64,000 nucleotides of DNA from Azolla caroliniana (taxonomy: Eukaryota; Plantae; Polypodiophyta), in contig JBHGNT010000021.1 of assembly GCA_043228905.1 (NCBI GenBank), positions 3,782,001-3,846,000 of the forward strand. Reading direction: 5' to 3'. The position numbers were made by a program, and so were the translations under genes. Under the pieces are notes generated by a model. That model worked only from the letters and a program-made list of their open reading frames with translations. It did no database searches and was not told the DNA's origin. Each line of letters opens with the position of its first letter. Position 1 is the first letter of the stretch. Positions 50,801 through 64,000 of this stretch are shown here, piece after piece.

Positions 50801-52135
50801 TCAAGACATTGCAACGCTGCATGACCTTGACCCTGTTGGACATACCCTGAAATAAGCACATTCCAAGAGACTTCATTTCGGATAGGTAGCCCTTCAAGCA
50901 CATTTTGTGCTTTTGCAAGCAAGCCACATTTGGCATACATATCAACCAATGACGTGCCAAGGACAACATCTGTTTCCAATAAGCCTCTATTTGCAATTTC
51001 ATCATGGATTTGTTTTCCCTTCACTATATCTAGTTTTCCACCACATGCCTTCAAAATAGAGATGAAGGTGACCCCATCTCTGGGGAGGCCCTCAATTTGC
51101 ATCAACTCAAAACAATTAATTGCTTCTCCATATTTCTCTTGTAAGACATACCCAGCAATTAAGGCATTCCAAGACACTGTATCATGAACCGAAAGATTTT
51201 CAAACACTTCCTGTGCTTTAAAAATCATCCCACACTTGGCATACATATTAATCAAAGTGCTGGTGAGGTATGGACTCTTCTCAAGCAGACTCCTTTTCAC
51301 AATATCAGCATGAACTTTGGATCCTGTATAAATATCCTTGCTCTTGGTACAAGCCTTGAGTACGTTTATAGAAGTAAGAACTTCATTGATATGTTCATTT
51401 TTTACTCCTTTGTTACTCCTTTCCTTGAACTGCCCCTGTTTTTCTTGAAGAATAGTTCTTCGTCTGAGTTCATCAAGAACCCAAGAGGGGTTTTTCCATC
51501 CATCAACCCACAAAGGCACATAAGTGACTGTGTGTGTAAAATCGGGTGATCTCGAGGTGGTCTGTATCAAGTTTCAACACAAAAAACAAAAAATCTCTCT
51601 CACTAGTTGTTGGCTTTGATGGTTTACAACATAGCATTAAAACAATAAAATTGAGAGAACTCAAGTTTGGTCCTTTCCCGGACCCCCAGATTGTATTCAA
51701 TCTCCCTGGGATTTTAATAATCTATTAATCTCTCTCATGTGTTTCTTCACGTTAGGCTTATACCTTCTAGTAAGCCAAGCTACTATTTTTCCATGCACTC
51801 ATGCTCAAATCTCACAATGTGTACAATTACAGTGGATGCCATTGGCAGGACATAGGGGTTTCAACAGGTGACCATCAGAACTAACGTAGGGGTTTGAGCA
51901 TGACCTTCAGAACTAAGCTGAGCATCGTTACCAACAGAACTACAATGTCTGGCCATCTCTCTCTATCTATATAGCTATCTATCTCTAACTCATTCACTCA
52001 CTCACAAATCAATATATACATACATACCTTTGTGGTGCGATTGTCTGCCCATAGCAAAGGCTCCCTAAAATACTCCTTCCATAGGAGGTCCGTCCCTTCC
52101 GCAGCAGCCAAACCTGATCTCCTCTGAATCGCCAT
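47866..52135 (-). CDS. PLS-class PPR-E protein (PPR2), DYW lost by frameshift; exons 52135-52028 and 51561-47866
   Basis: Ten P-L-S units and E domains; first exon MAIQRRS...RTTK joins in frame at a CAG acceptor. Confidence 0.88.
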
Positions 52136-53855
52136 AGGATCGGATCGCCATTCATGTCTTCCTTTGCCCGTCAGTAAATCAGAAAGCTGCAAGCATATGA
52201 TGATGGATGGGAGGGGGGCAGGGGAATCACATTTTAACCGGAGTTCGAACTTAACTCATCCATACATATTATTTCTTATAACACGATTTGAAGTGCAAAA
52301 GAGGGAGGCAAATTGCAATAGATTATAGAATCATAAATAGATGAGTTTACACATCCCAATTTTTAATTGAATGATATCAAACAATGAGACCTCTGATAAG
52401 GAATTATGATTTAGGGTTTTAGGGTTTTAGGTTTAGGTTTGCGAGTTCAAATGAGGAATTATGATTTAGGATTTCATTGCGAGATCTTACCTTGATCTAG
52501 TGCCCATCTTATTGCCCGCCTTGCTCATCTCTATAGATCTTACCTTGATCTAGTGTAAAGCTAAAATCCTATGTATATTTCTATCTAGGATAGATAGATA
52601 TTCTCATACCATCATGTTAATTGATCATTTGTCAATTTTCCAAGAGTGAGTGCATTGTGTTACACAATGGTTTGTTAATAATTGGGGTTTCATTATCATA
52701 GTTTTAGATGGTAGAATGTCAAAATGGAGAAAACTATTTAATTGTGTAATATCCATAAACATTATTATTATTTGCGAAGATATAGTATCTTAAAAGCCAC
52801 AATAGCTAGAATCGTGCCTTTTGAAGAAAGAATGAGATTATCATGACAAAAACGTCTCCTCGTGAATGGGGGTAGATTAGACACAGGGAGAGAGGTTCTA
52901 TTATGTCCACAAAATTTACATCTTTCGAATCATTTTGGTTATGTTCCTCTCATGACTCCTCTCAACGTCTTCAATGAGTTCCTCTAATGTCTTCCACAAT
53001 GGCTTTAGATTCCACATTCTCTAGCAACTTCCTTAAAGACTTGTCTTGCAAATAATAAAATCACCCTATTTATAATTTTGTAACTTCTTTGGAGTATGAG
53101 TCATGTTCCATCCAAGAAACCTTCAACAACAACCTTGCACAATCATTTGTGAAGGGAAAGGATCAATCGAAAACTCCTCGATCACTGTGATCAGCTTGGC
53201 CTCTTCGTCTCCACGACCATATTCTCCTATTGCCAACCATGTAGGAATCATCTTCAAAATTTCAAGCTCGGTCATCTGGAATCACCTTTTTGTCCTTGTT
53301 TCCCAAAGTCTTACCCCACATCCTCGATCACAAATATTATGCTTAGTCCAACTAGATGCACAATAAGTCTTCAAAGTGTTCAACTCCAAAAGGTCTATTA
53401 CTTCTCTTGATCTAAAAACACATCAAGATTTGGTCCATCAGCATTTGTATGTTCATTAATGATCTCATTATTTGAGATGCCCAAAGACTCAAAAACTCTA
53501 AATTACAAGTCCTCTACTCTGCCTCAATCTTCCAACTTTTGTTCTCAGACGACCTTCTTTCAGGCTGCACCACAGCCCTCATATCACTACTATTTTCTTT
53601 TTTTTCAGCTATTGATAGTAGTCACTCTTACTCATACAAAGGTTTTACCGATGCATAACATCTCCCTTGCAATAATATAATTTCAAGTTCTTTGCATGTG
53701 ATTCCCTTCAACTCTGAACCTCTCTATCTAGGATACTCCCCATCTTCTCAAGGTTTTCCATGGTGCTCCCAGTTCTGAAGGACATACAGCCCCCCCTCAT
53801 TCAATCTTAAGATTGAGAATGTTTTATATTCCCAAATGAAAATACATTTGGCCAT

Positions 53856-56093
53856 TTATACTTGCATCACACTATTCTGTGAGGCAGCATAGTTTAGCCT
53901 CATGTATTCAAGCTTTTCTGCATCCTTTTGCATGCTAGAGGCCACAAAAATGTTAGCCATAAGGACATATGCTGCCGAACAGCTATTATCTGATTGCATT
54001 ACTTGATCAAAAGACAACCTTCCAAGCTTCACATTTCCCCACTTTCTACAAGCGCCTAGAAGTGCAAGCCAAACATCAGGAGAATCAGTCAGTGGCATCA
54101 CTTTGATAACTGATATTGCCTTGTCAAAATACCCTGCATATCCAAAAACCATCACCATGCAAGTATTGTGCTCTAAGTTTGGAGAAATGCCATATTCCCT
54201 ACTCATAACATGGAAAAGTGTTTGGGCCTCGTACAGTAACCCTGAATGGCTACATGCAGTTAAAACACCTAAGAATGTGACATCATCAGGACGCAGGCCC
54301 TCAGTTTGTAACCGTTTAAAACATTTCAATGCTTCTTGACCTTCTCCTTCATGAGAATAACCTGCAATCAATGCATTCCAAGTGGATACATTTCGGGAAG
54401 GAAGTTCTTCTAGAACTTGGTGCGCTTTTGCAAGTACACCACATTTGCCATACATATCCACCAAGGCAGTTCCAAGCACAATATCATTCTCTAGGAACCC
54501 TCTAGTTATGATGGTATGATGTACTTGTTTGCCTTTTTCTATAGCTCCGGTATTACCACAAGCTTTTAGGATGCAAATGAAGGTGACTGCATCTGGCGAT
54601 AGACACTCTCTTTGCATTTGGTCAAAACAATTCAATGCTTCATTCCCTTGTCCCCGTTGAGCATACCCTCCAATCAATGCAGACCAAGAGACAATATTTC
54701 TAACATGAAGATCTTCAAGCACCTTTTTAGCTTCAGCAAGCATGCCACATTTAGCATAAAAATCCACCAAAGAAGTTCCAAGCACAACATCTTTAACCGC
54801 CAATCCTCTACTTATAATATCGTGATGAATTTGTTTCGCCTTTTCTATAGCTCCAGTGCTACCACAAGCCTTCAAGATGCAAATGTAAGTTACCATATTT
54901 GGACAGTGTCCTTCCTGTTCCATCAATTCAAAACATCGTAATGCTTCATTGCCTTGGTCTTGCTCAACATATCCTGAAATAAGTGCAGACCAGGATACTA
55001 CATTCCGAACCACAAGCTTTTCAAGAACCTCTTCAGCTTTTGCAGGCCTGCCACATTTGGCATACATATCGACCAAAGCAGTTCCAAGCACGATATCCTT
55101 CTCTAATAAACCCCTACTAACAATATCTTCATGTATTTGTTTGCCCCTATCTACATTTCCTTTGCTGCCAAAAGCTTTCAACATGCAAATAAAAGTGACA
55201 GCAGTTGGAAAGAGGCCTTCACTTTGCATTCTTTCATAACAATCCAATGCTTCATTACATCGTCCTTGTTGTGTATATCCATCTATTAATGCATTCCAAG
55301 AGACTATATTTCGAATTGGAAGCTCTTCGAGCACCTTTCGTGCTTTCTCAAGTAAGCCACATTTGGCATACATGTCCACCAATGAGGTGCCAAGCACTAC
55401 ATCTTTCTCCAACAATCCCTTCCCTATAATCTCTTCATGAATTTGTATGCCCTTGTGTATATCTCTTGTATTGCCACAAGCCTTCAATATACAAATAAAA
55501 GTGATAGAATCGGGTAAGAGACCTTCATTTAGCATCATTTCAAAGCATTTCAATGCTTCTTGACCTTGTCCTTGCTGGGCATGTCCAGCAATGAGTGCGT
55601 TCCATGTGACAATATCTCGTATCAAAAGCTCTTCAAACACTTGGTTTGCTTGTGAGAATATTCCACATTTGGTATACATACTGATTAATGTGCTTCCTAT
55701 GACATGATTCCTTTCAAGTACGTTTCTCTTGAGAATTTCAGCATGAATTCTAATTCCTTTACTTAAGTCCTTCTTCTCGGCACAATGCTTGAGCAATGCC
55801 ACAAAGGTCGAGTCTTGTACATATTTTTCTTCGCCATTGTATTTGTCACTAGGTTCTTGTGACGATGAAACAACCATTGTTTTGTTCAACTCTTTCAAAG
55901 CTGAAATTGTATGGTAGCATGCAAACTTGTAGAGATCTGAAGAGATTGTGTACCATAATCAATCAAATCAAACATTCCCTCTCTTTAAAACATAACAATT
56001 CTCTCTCTCTCTCTCTTTCTTTTTTGTCGTGATGTAATCTATTCTGGCTATCAATTCAAGTTCATGGATTCAAATCCTCATTTCCACACAGCA

Positions 56094-56144
<51 letters not shown>

Positions 56145-56229
56145 GCTCACCTTGTTGCTCTGATGTTTCTTCTCTCCAAAAGAACGAAATTGGTTCCATA
56201 GCATGCCCACATCTATGTTGCCTTGCCAT
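53856..56229 (-). CDS. PLS-class PPR-E protein (PPR3), DYW lost; exons 56229-56151 and 55936-53856
   Basis: Five P-L-S units and E domains; first exon MARQHRC...SEQQ joins in phase 1 at a TTCAG acceptor. Confidence 0.88.
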
Positions 56230-59200
56230 GTGTATAATTCGATGAATGGGTGCATTTGAATACAGTTCAGCTGCTTTTGTATTCTCTGTTTTCCCTCTTG
56301 TTTTTTTATTTGCTACTTGTCAGACCCTCCATATGTATACTACTGCTTGATGATTCAACATCTCTTCATTGTTTCTCCATGTAAGGATGCCAATGAATGT
56401 TGCCGATGACCATCGGCAACCAAACTCGAGGGGTTTCATGATTTCGCTTGTTATGCTTTGATGCTTGTGGTTTTCTTAGGCCATTGGCAACCGCGGATTT
56501 GTTTTTGTATTTCCGAGGGAAACACTACAATGACCTCTTTGATGATGAATCACGTCAAATTTTATGATGAACTAGGAGGATACGACTCTTGAGCAAGACT
56601 TCCTTCTTTGTTCGAATGTGAGAGTTCAATTCTTAAAATTGAAAAGTATACATATAGTAAGCATCTATGTAGGAAAATGTCCATGCCCATGATGTCTTTG
56701 CTTGAGCCAACTCACAGATGGGTCCGCAAGGGGCTTCATTGTCTTCCTTTTTGTCACTTCTCTCATCGAGAGTCGTTGCCTATATAAATAGATTTCATAT
56801 TAAACGATTAAAAGTGGTTTTTAATAGATCATAAGGACAATTATGGTTGCAAACCTTGTACATTATAATAGCTATCTAGCAAGTTTAATAATATAATACA
56901 TGAGATTTGACAATATGTAAGCTCTTTTACACAGGGTGAAAGAGGTAAGAGTGAGAGAAAGTTGTGATCAATGTATCCTTCAGTTTCGGTGTGGCAAGTG
57001 TACAATCAATCATCATCGACGTCGTTGCCTTGGTCATCATATACCTCCCCACCAACATCTCTAGCAACAGAATCCATAAACAGAGTTAGCAGCCATTGTT
57101 TCCCAAAATGATGGGAACAATATACATCCATATTATGTGATCTCCATCTTCCCTAAAAATGAGTAAGAGGCTCAACAACTTTGTTATCTCCTAAGGAAAC
57201 ACAGATGTTCCTTCCTCGGTATACATTGGTCATGTTGCCATTTATTTGCTTGTCACAAGTGGCTCAACGACTCGAGTACAAAAGACTTTGCCATTACAAC
57301 TCTTAGAAAACTAGAATAAATGTCTTTTGATCCGAATGTTTTGTAATCATCCACACTTTTATAAATGATACATCATTATTAGGCAATGGTGCGCCTATTT
57401 CTATATTTACATGGAACAATTACATGCAAATGTGCATACAACTTTGAGTTTGCAATGCCCAAAGGAATTCGTGATTGATTTTATGTTCATGCATATTGAA
57501 GCATAGTGCAACACATTACGTGACAACCCTCAACGTGGAATCATTGCCTTTACAACCAGGCAAGACACTTAAGGCTACCAACCATGTCAATAACACAATA
57601 CATCATCCTACATTGTTGTATTTATGTTATTAAATATTGAATTTAATTATCGTCTGCCACAATTTCAAGTGTCAAGTACATGTATAAATTTCAAGATCAT
57701 GCACACCACATTTTACAATGCTACAAATAGTGAATGCATCACACTCATATATTGTAAATTTGGCTTTTCATCTCTAAATGCACTTGAATAAAACATATAT
57801 ATAATTATTTATCACTTTTTGTGCATTTGCATAAAATTCATGCCAATGTAATGCAAAATAGTTAATTGTCTCATTGATAAACATGAACCTCATATGTTTT
57901 ATTACGTTTTAGAATAATTAGTGCACATGGGAGATCCAAAGTGGGGCTTACACTCTATGTGGTGAAGTCAATGTGATTGAGACGGTTTCTAATATATTAA
58001 TCTCATTCATTAAAATTAAACAAATGAGAAACAAGAGATTGTTGTAACTTGTATTCAACCCTTAGTGTCTCGTTATCATCCAAACTTTGATACAATAACA
58101 CACTCATACTTCATAAGTTATAACTTATGTTCATCAACATTGTCCTTTACCTAAGGATTTACTCAATATTTATTATAACATAAATGAAAACCTCAACTTT
58201 ACAATTACATGTACATAATTTGATTCACATGGGATGTGTAAGGGTAGTGAAGTCAACGAAATTGAATTGTTCATCTTAAGATGCACTTTGTAAGATGCAC
58301 TTTGTACAACAATATATTGTTAATTTCTAAAGTAAAACATATCAATGCTCTTGTTATAATCCGGTTTTATAAATTTCTTCATTGCTCCAACATGTTGATG
58401 CACTGCAATGCATCACTTGTTTATGTCCTCGTTTGTACACTTATCTTGATTGTTGCTTCAAATTTATTTGCATATGGAAAGCCTCGACCTTACAATGGGT
58501 AGACATGCATGAGAATGATCCTAACATGAAACTAATTTATTCCTAACATCAAGGGAGACGTGTTTGTGTGCAACCTACATGCATGAGATTCATCCATGAA
58601 AATTGATTAAAATGCTACCCTGTCAAGTCTTGTTGAGTATTCACATTATTCCAATTGCCTATGAAGTAATGCCTTTGTTAATTCTTCAGAAACGAGGCAA
58701 ATATAATTATTTGTGATATGGCAATAAAAATCGAAGTTTTTAGAAAGTGTACTATGGTACAATGACGAGGACAATTGGTGGCAATGATAGGTAGTGACAA
58801 CTTTGTTCTTATGGCAAGATAGTCCCTAAAATTGTTTGGAAACGATATCAAATGAAGGTGGAAATGTATCAAATCATAGGTTCAAACATTCTTCTAATAC
58901 TACCTTGATAAATTGCGCTCTTGGGCAAGTGGTGAGGACATAGTCCAATTTTCCATTAAAGCTACATGCCATATTGGCAAAGAAGCAATAGGAGAATAAT
59001 TGAGACATGGAATTGGTAAATTAAGGGAGTGTAGCGATAATGAATATCATTAATGGGGAAAGGCTATCCATGCTACAATCATTCCATGTGAAAACATATA
59101 GCTTGGTTTATGGAAGAGGCCGATTGTATTAAAAACTTGAGATACATATGCCTAAAGTCAACTACGATCTCCTGCTCTTCGATGGGTAGGTTTTTGATTC

Positions 59201-59502
59201 ATGACAATACTTAACCAGTGTTTCTATTCACAGGATAAACTTAATTATTCAACACATTCCATGGATTAAGGATGATAACAACACATTCTACATTCGAAGA
59301 CTCACAATTTCTCTCAATTATTAGCAAACATTTTCCTTTTGTTAATCTATATTAATCACAGGTCAAAGATTTGCCCTCCTTAGGATGAGCACTTCGAAAT
59401 ATAAAATAGTCACCTTTTTCTATACATGTCATGTACAAGCCACCGAGAAAACTTAAGTAGAATGCTTCATAGTAATGATTGCATAATGGGTTGTGTTATC
59501 AA

Positions 59503-59940
59503 GTTTTGCAGCCAACATTGTCTTAGGATAGATGCGATTTTCTTGTGATGAACACAAACGGGGGTCATACATTGACCATACAACTAGATCCAAATAATAT
59601 GGGAATTGGAATGAGTAGTCTAGTGCTTGTGGGAATGGTCGTGGAAGCGCAACTACTCAACTTTGAGACTGGAATAGGGTTGAGTTGAAAATGGGGGAGG
59701 GGTGGTGGTGGTCCTTCTTGGTTTTGCAGCCAACATTGTCTTAGGATAGATGCGATTTTCTTGTGATGAACACAAATGGGGGTCATACATTGAGCATACA
59801 ACTAGATCCAAATAATATGGGAATTGGAATGAGTAGTCTAGTGCTTGTGGGAATGGTCGTGGAAGCGCAACTACTCAACTTTGAGACTGGAATAGGGTTG
59901 AGTTGAAAATGGGGGAGGGGTGGTGGTGGTCCTTCTTGGT
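59503..59940. repeat. 218-bp tandem duplication
   Basis: gttttgcagccaacattgtcttagg at 59503 and 59721; the two copies are almost identical. Confidence 0.93.
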
Positions 59941-60813
59941 TCTACCATAGATGGAGACAAGACATCTATTTGATGCCTCTTCATTAAAAAAATTGCTCCC
60001 TACAAACACATGCTTTAATTCAAATGACAACGTAACCTCAAAATTGTGTGGAACCAAAAGTTAAGAATGGATTTGCTGAATTCTTTTATTTCATTCAATT
60101 AGCTTTACATCAATGCACATGTAGAGCACCACAAGGATTGCATGATTGACCGTCCCCATTGCTACCCCCACACATTGCCATAGGTGAATCAAGAGAAAAG
60201 GACGAACAAAAAGAAGGAGGATCGCAATTGGTAAAATGAATAAATGATCGGATCGAAACGGTGGACCAAGAGCGAAATGCAACGTTTAATAGAACACATG
60301 TATAGGCAAAGCCGAGTCAATGTCCCGTGCATAGTCAATGGTCTCTGATTGTCGAGATGGAATGGACAACATGCATATGTATAGGGTACATACGAAAAGC
60401 ACGTATCAACATACATGTGTATGTAGAGGGGGTATAGACGAATACGTGCATGACATACGTATGAACATATGCACGTAAGTGCATACATACATGTATACAT
60501 ATGTATGTATGTATTTGCCGATACAAATGCGTAAGACGGGACGGACGGACGGACACCGGACAACCAATGGACGCCGGACAAACCAACCTCCTGCTCTCTA
60601 CTTACTTTTAACATAATAATAATCCTTTTTGATTTTGTTTCTCTTTTTTCTTTTTCTTTTTCTGTGACACATCACAAAAACAGGGAAAAAAAAAAACAAA
60701 AAAAAATTTAACCTAAAAGAAAACCTCTCTCCCCCTCGTCTTCCTTCTTTTTTTTCTCTTTCTCTTCCTTCTCTTTCCTTCCTTCATCTCTCCCTCTTCA
60801 CAGAAATAAACGG

Positions 60814-60944
60814 AAACCCTAATTTCCTCCCCCCCTCCCTGTCACTCGCGACAGGAGGAGGAGAGGGAGGAGGTCGAGGAAGGATAAGTAAGAAGAGGAG
60901 TCTTCGTCATTCCTTCGTCAAGAGAAGGCGGCGAGAAACCCTAA
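60814..60944 (+). promoter_or_regulatory. Two telo-boxes (AAACCCTAA) in the 5' region of eIF4G
   Basis: Exact motifs at 60814-60822 and 60936-60944; telo-boxes are typical of plant translation-machinery genes. Confidence 0.6.
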
Positions 60945-61309
60945 ATCCACAGGTCTTTCTTATTCTACATTCTTTGTTCTCTCAAAACAAAAACAAAATC
61001 AAAAAGAAAAAAAAAAAAAAAAAAAACGAAACCAATCAATTAACAACATTCAGCCAAGCATAGCCGATCAATCGTCGTGCAGGCTAAGGAAAAAGAAAAA
61101 ACCAGCATTTTCTCTATCTATAGATGTAAACAGATCGGTATATATATATATATATATATCTATATCTTATTAAAGGAGAAAGAAATAATTCTTTTGCCAA
61201 AGATCTTCCCTGCAACTACTTTAGGTAGGGTTAACTTTACAGACAGAGAAAGGGATTAAGATAGAAGAAGAAGAAAAATCGAAGAAGGTTTATTCACAGG
61301 CCATTATAT

Positions 61310-64000
61310 ATGTCCCATCATCAATCTAGGGTAGACCGTAACAGCGACTCGCAACCAAAGAGGAACAGTGCGAGGGCTGGAGCTCATCAGAGAGCTTCGG
61401 CAGCAACTACGTTGAAAGGAGGTGGCCACCACGGCCCCTCGGCGGCCACTGCTCCATTGCTTTCTCCTACTGCTCAACCTGCGCCTTTGCCCAGGTTATA
61501 ATTTGTTTTTTTAGTTTTTCTAAAAATAATCTCAGTCTGTTTACCTTTTCTTACCTTTTCAATGATGTTACATCGGGCATATTTGAATCTTTTTAGGGTT
61601 CCTTCGTTACATTTATAATTATGTGTAAATAGTTGTATTTGGTATTTCTGTCAGGTTTTCATGAGCATTCAAATCATGCGAGTCAGGCATATTTGAACAT
61701 CGTGAAGGTTCCTTTTAGGTTTTCTAGTCATTGACATACTTGTTAGGTTATCCTTACCATTCTGGTTCCTTAGGCATATTTGGACATTCTAATCATTCCA
61801 ATCTATCATTCTTGAATATCTTACGGGTTCTTTGCACCGTTGTTAACACCAGCTTAATTTTTAGTGTTCTCATGAGTATTCTACAGATCAAGTCACTCTT
61901 AGCCATTGGCTTATTGCTAGATTTTTTTATGCATGTCTTAATAATGTCTATTAAGTGTATTTGAATCTCTGCAGACTCTATTTTACCTTTTTTATCCTGG
62001 GCTGATTGTCAGATTTTTTACCTGCATTCTGATGATGTCAAATTAGGCTGATTTGAGCTCAGTATGAGTCCTATTATTTGAACATTGTCATCATTGTTCA
62101 GCTGTCGAGTTTTCTTTGGCATTCTATTAATTTCAATCACACATATTTGAGCACACAGTAATAGTCTGGTTTGTGTTTTAGTTGTTTATTCTTGGAGCAA
62201 AATGGTTAATGCTCTGATATATTTTTAGAGATGTTTTTTGGTAATGGGTCTTCACACTCAAGACTGAACCACATTATTGAAATGGTTTGTCCAACTATTT
62301 GCTGTTGTAGAATATATTGGCAATCTTGTTTTTCTGTGATGGTGATAAACACTTTAATACTTTAACCCCTGTCTAATTGTTATGAATTTTTGTAGCATTA
62401 TAATCATGCTAAATCAAGTTTTTGAGCACACATTGGATATTTATGTATGGAACAAAGTGGTTAATGGGAATGTGCATTAATGAAATGCGTTGTTCTCAAG
62501 TGTTTTCTTCTTTAAATGTGTGAATATTTCCTGGAAATAACATTTACTGATGGATCCCATAATGAAGACCTAACTGCATTATTGAAATCGTTTGTCCAAA
62601 GAAATGGCTGCTGTGCAATATATTAGCAATGCATGATTTTGCGTGAAGATGACATCTGTTTTTTGACTGTGCTGATTCTATGGAAGAGTAGAACTTATGG
62701 TCTCAAAACAACCACCCTTAGGGTGATAGGGAGCTTCATAACCAAGGCAAAACTGTATTATCGAAATGATTTGCGCAACTATTTTCTGCTCTAAAACTTG
62801 TTGATAAGTTTTATTTGATTGTATTAATAGTTTGATGCATTACAAAATATATTCTTATTATAAGACTTCACTTAGCAAGTATGAGGCATTATGGCAATGA
62901 CAGTTCAAAGCGGTCCACTGGAGCAAATGGCCAAACAAGAGGACATTCATCTGGTAATCATGAGGCCGACAATCAGAAGGCTCAACAAAACACAACTCAG
63001 TACCAAGGGCAGGCTCATGGTCAGATGATGTTCTCATTACAAGATGTTTTTTGCATGTGAAATGCTGTGTATAATGTTAATATGCTTTTTTCATTATTTC
63101 AGGAGCAAAGTCTTCTACGCCGTCAAGCAATGGGAATGCACCCAGACAATCAAAAACTGTGCCACCATTGACCTCCATTGGTTCCGCAGACCCTATACCA
63201 GCTATCTCAAAGCCAGGTTTGCATAGTTAGCATAGTCTCTTCTTATTACCTATTCATAATGCACTATTAATTGTTTAAATAAAACAGAATCAGCATGGAG
63301 CTCTGCCCATCCTCAACTATCATTCCAATTTGGAAGCATAGGAGCAACTTTCGTGCACACTGGAGTGCAGGTCCGTTTCTATTATAAGTTGAAGGGTTCT
63401 CTTCTTAGTATTGTAATTTTTCATGATTTATATAATCCTTGTATTCTGTCAGATTCCTGCACGAACAAGCTCGGCTCCACCAGACATTGAAGAACAAAAG
63501 CAAGACCAAGCACGATACACGGTAATTAATGCAGTAGGGACAAAAGGAAATGTTCCTTCTGTAGGACAGCATCAAGGAGTAAGGCCACAGTCGCAACAAT
63601 CTGGAGGACATCATCAGCAATCCACGAGGCCTCAGGTTCAGCAAACAGGTGCTGCATTGCCTGCAGGTATACCACAAACACAATATATTCACAACCAGCC
63701 TCATCAGCACCCTGTTCAGATACAGATACCACAGACTAATCCTCATGTACAAGTTCAAACTAATCCCCCACATATGCCAATGCAAACCCATTTTGTTCCT
63801 CCGCAAACTCAGCAACAAGGGCTTGTTCAACTCCCTTACCCACCAGTGCAGTTCCCGGGTCGTAACATACCAAATCAGATGTTGGGGCCACAGTTTGCTT
63901 CCATGCCACCTCAACAAATTCATCAGATACCTCATCAGCTTTCTGGACCCTCTGCTGCTCCATTAGGTCCAGGAATGGCAGGTTCTCCTTATGGAATGGT
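61310..64000 (+). CDS. eIF4G: Eukaryotic translation initiation factor 4G, N-terminal part; exons ~61310-61494, ~62865-63019, 63103-63216, 63288-63370, 63453->64000
   Basis: Start MSHHQSRVDRNSDSQ; conserved plant eIF4G motifs SFQFGSI and IPARTSSAPPDIEEQKQDQAR; GT-AG junctions keep the frame. Confidence 0.85.

Noticed and set aside
52900-53800. Possible retroelement remnant between PPR2 and PPR3
   Set aside because: Too degenerate to assign by eye.
56500-59400. Possible Helitron or other TE remnant
   Set aside because: Looks like decayed coding sequence, but I could not identify a diagnostic motif or termini.
63405-63966. Minus-strand 176-aa ORF and other short ORFs
   Set aside because: They overlap the Q/P-rich eIF4G exon on the plus strand.

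Overview
Plant nuclear DNA, most likely a fern or other seed-free plant (inferred from the style of the PLS-PPR repeats and the retroelement type). Bases 1-16.6 kb are four related Ty3/Gypsy LTR retrotransposons nested inside one another. They show a tRNA-Trp primer-binding site, DHG protease and FLDD reverse-transcriptase motifs, and a conserved G-GAU-UUU slippery site with a predicted pseudoknot between protease and RT. Bases 16.9-27.1 kb are a tandem segmental duplication (offset 5623 bp) carrying two intronless BCS1-like AAA ATPases. Next come an intronless, bacterial-type erythromycin-esterase-family gene (horizontal transfer candidate), TIM23, a zinc-binding-domain-only DUSP12/YVH1-like gene and an 11 x 233 bp tandem array. 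Three tandem PLS-class PPR genes follow with similar short first exons: one has an atypical DYW deaminase domain and two have frameshift-eroded DYW remnants. The 5' part of eIF4G closes the window. All gene models and RNA structures were read by eye and not confirmed by searches.
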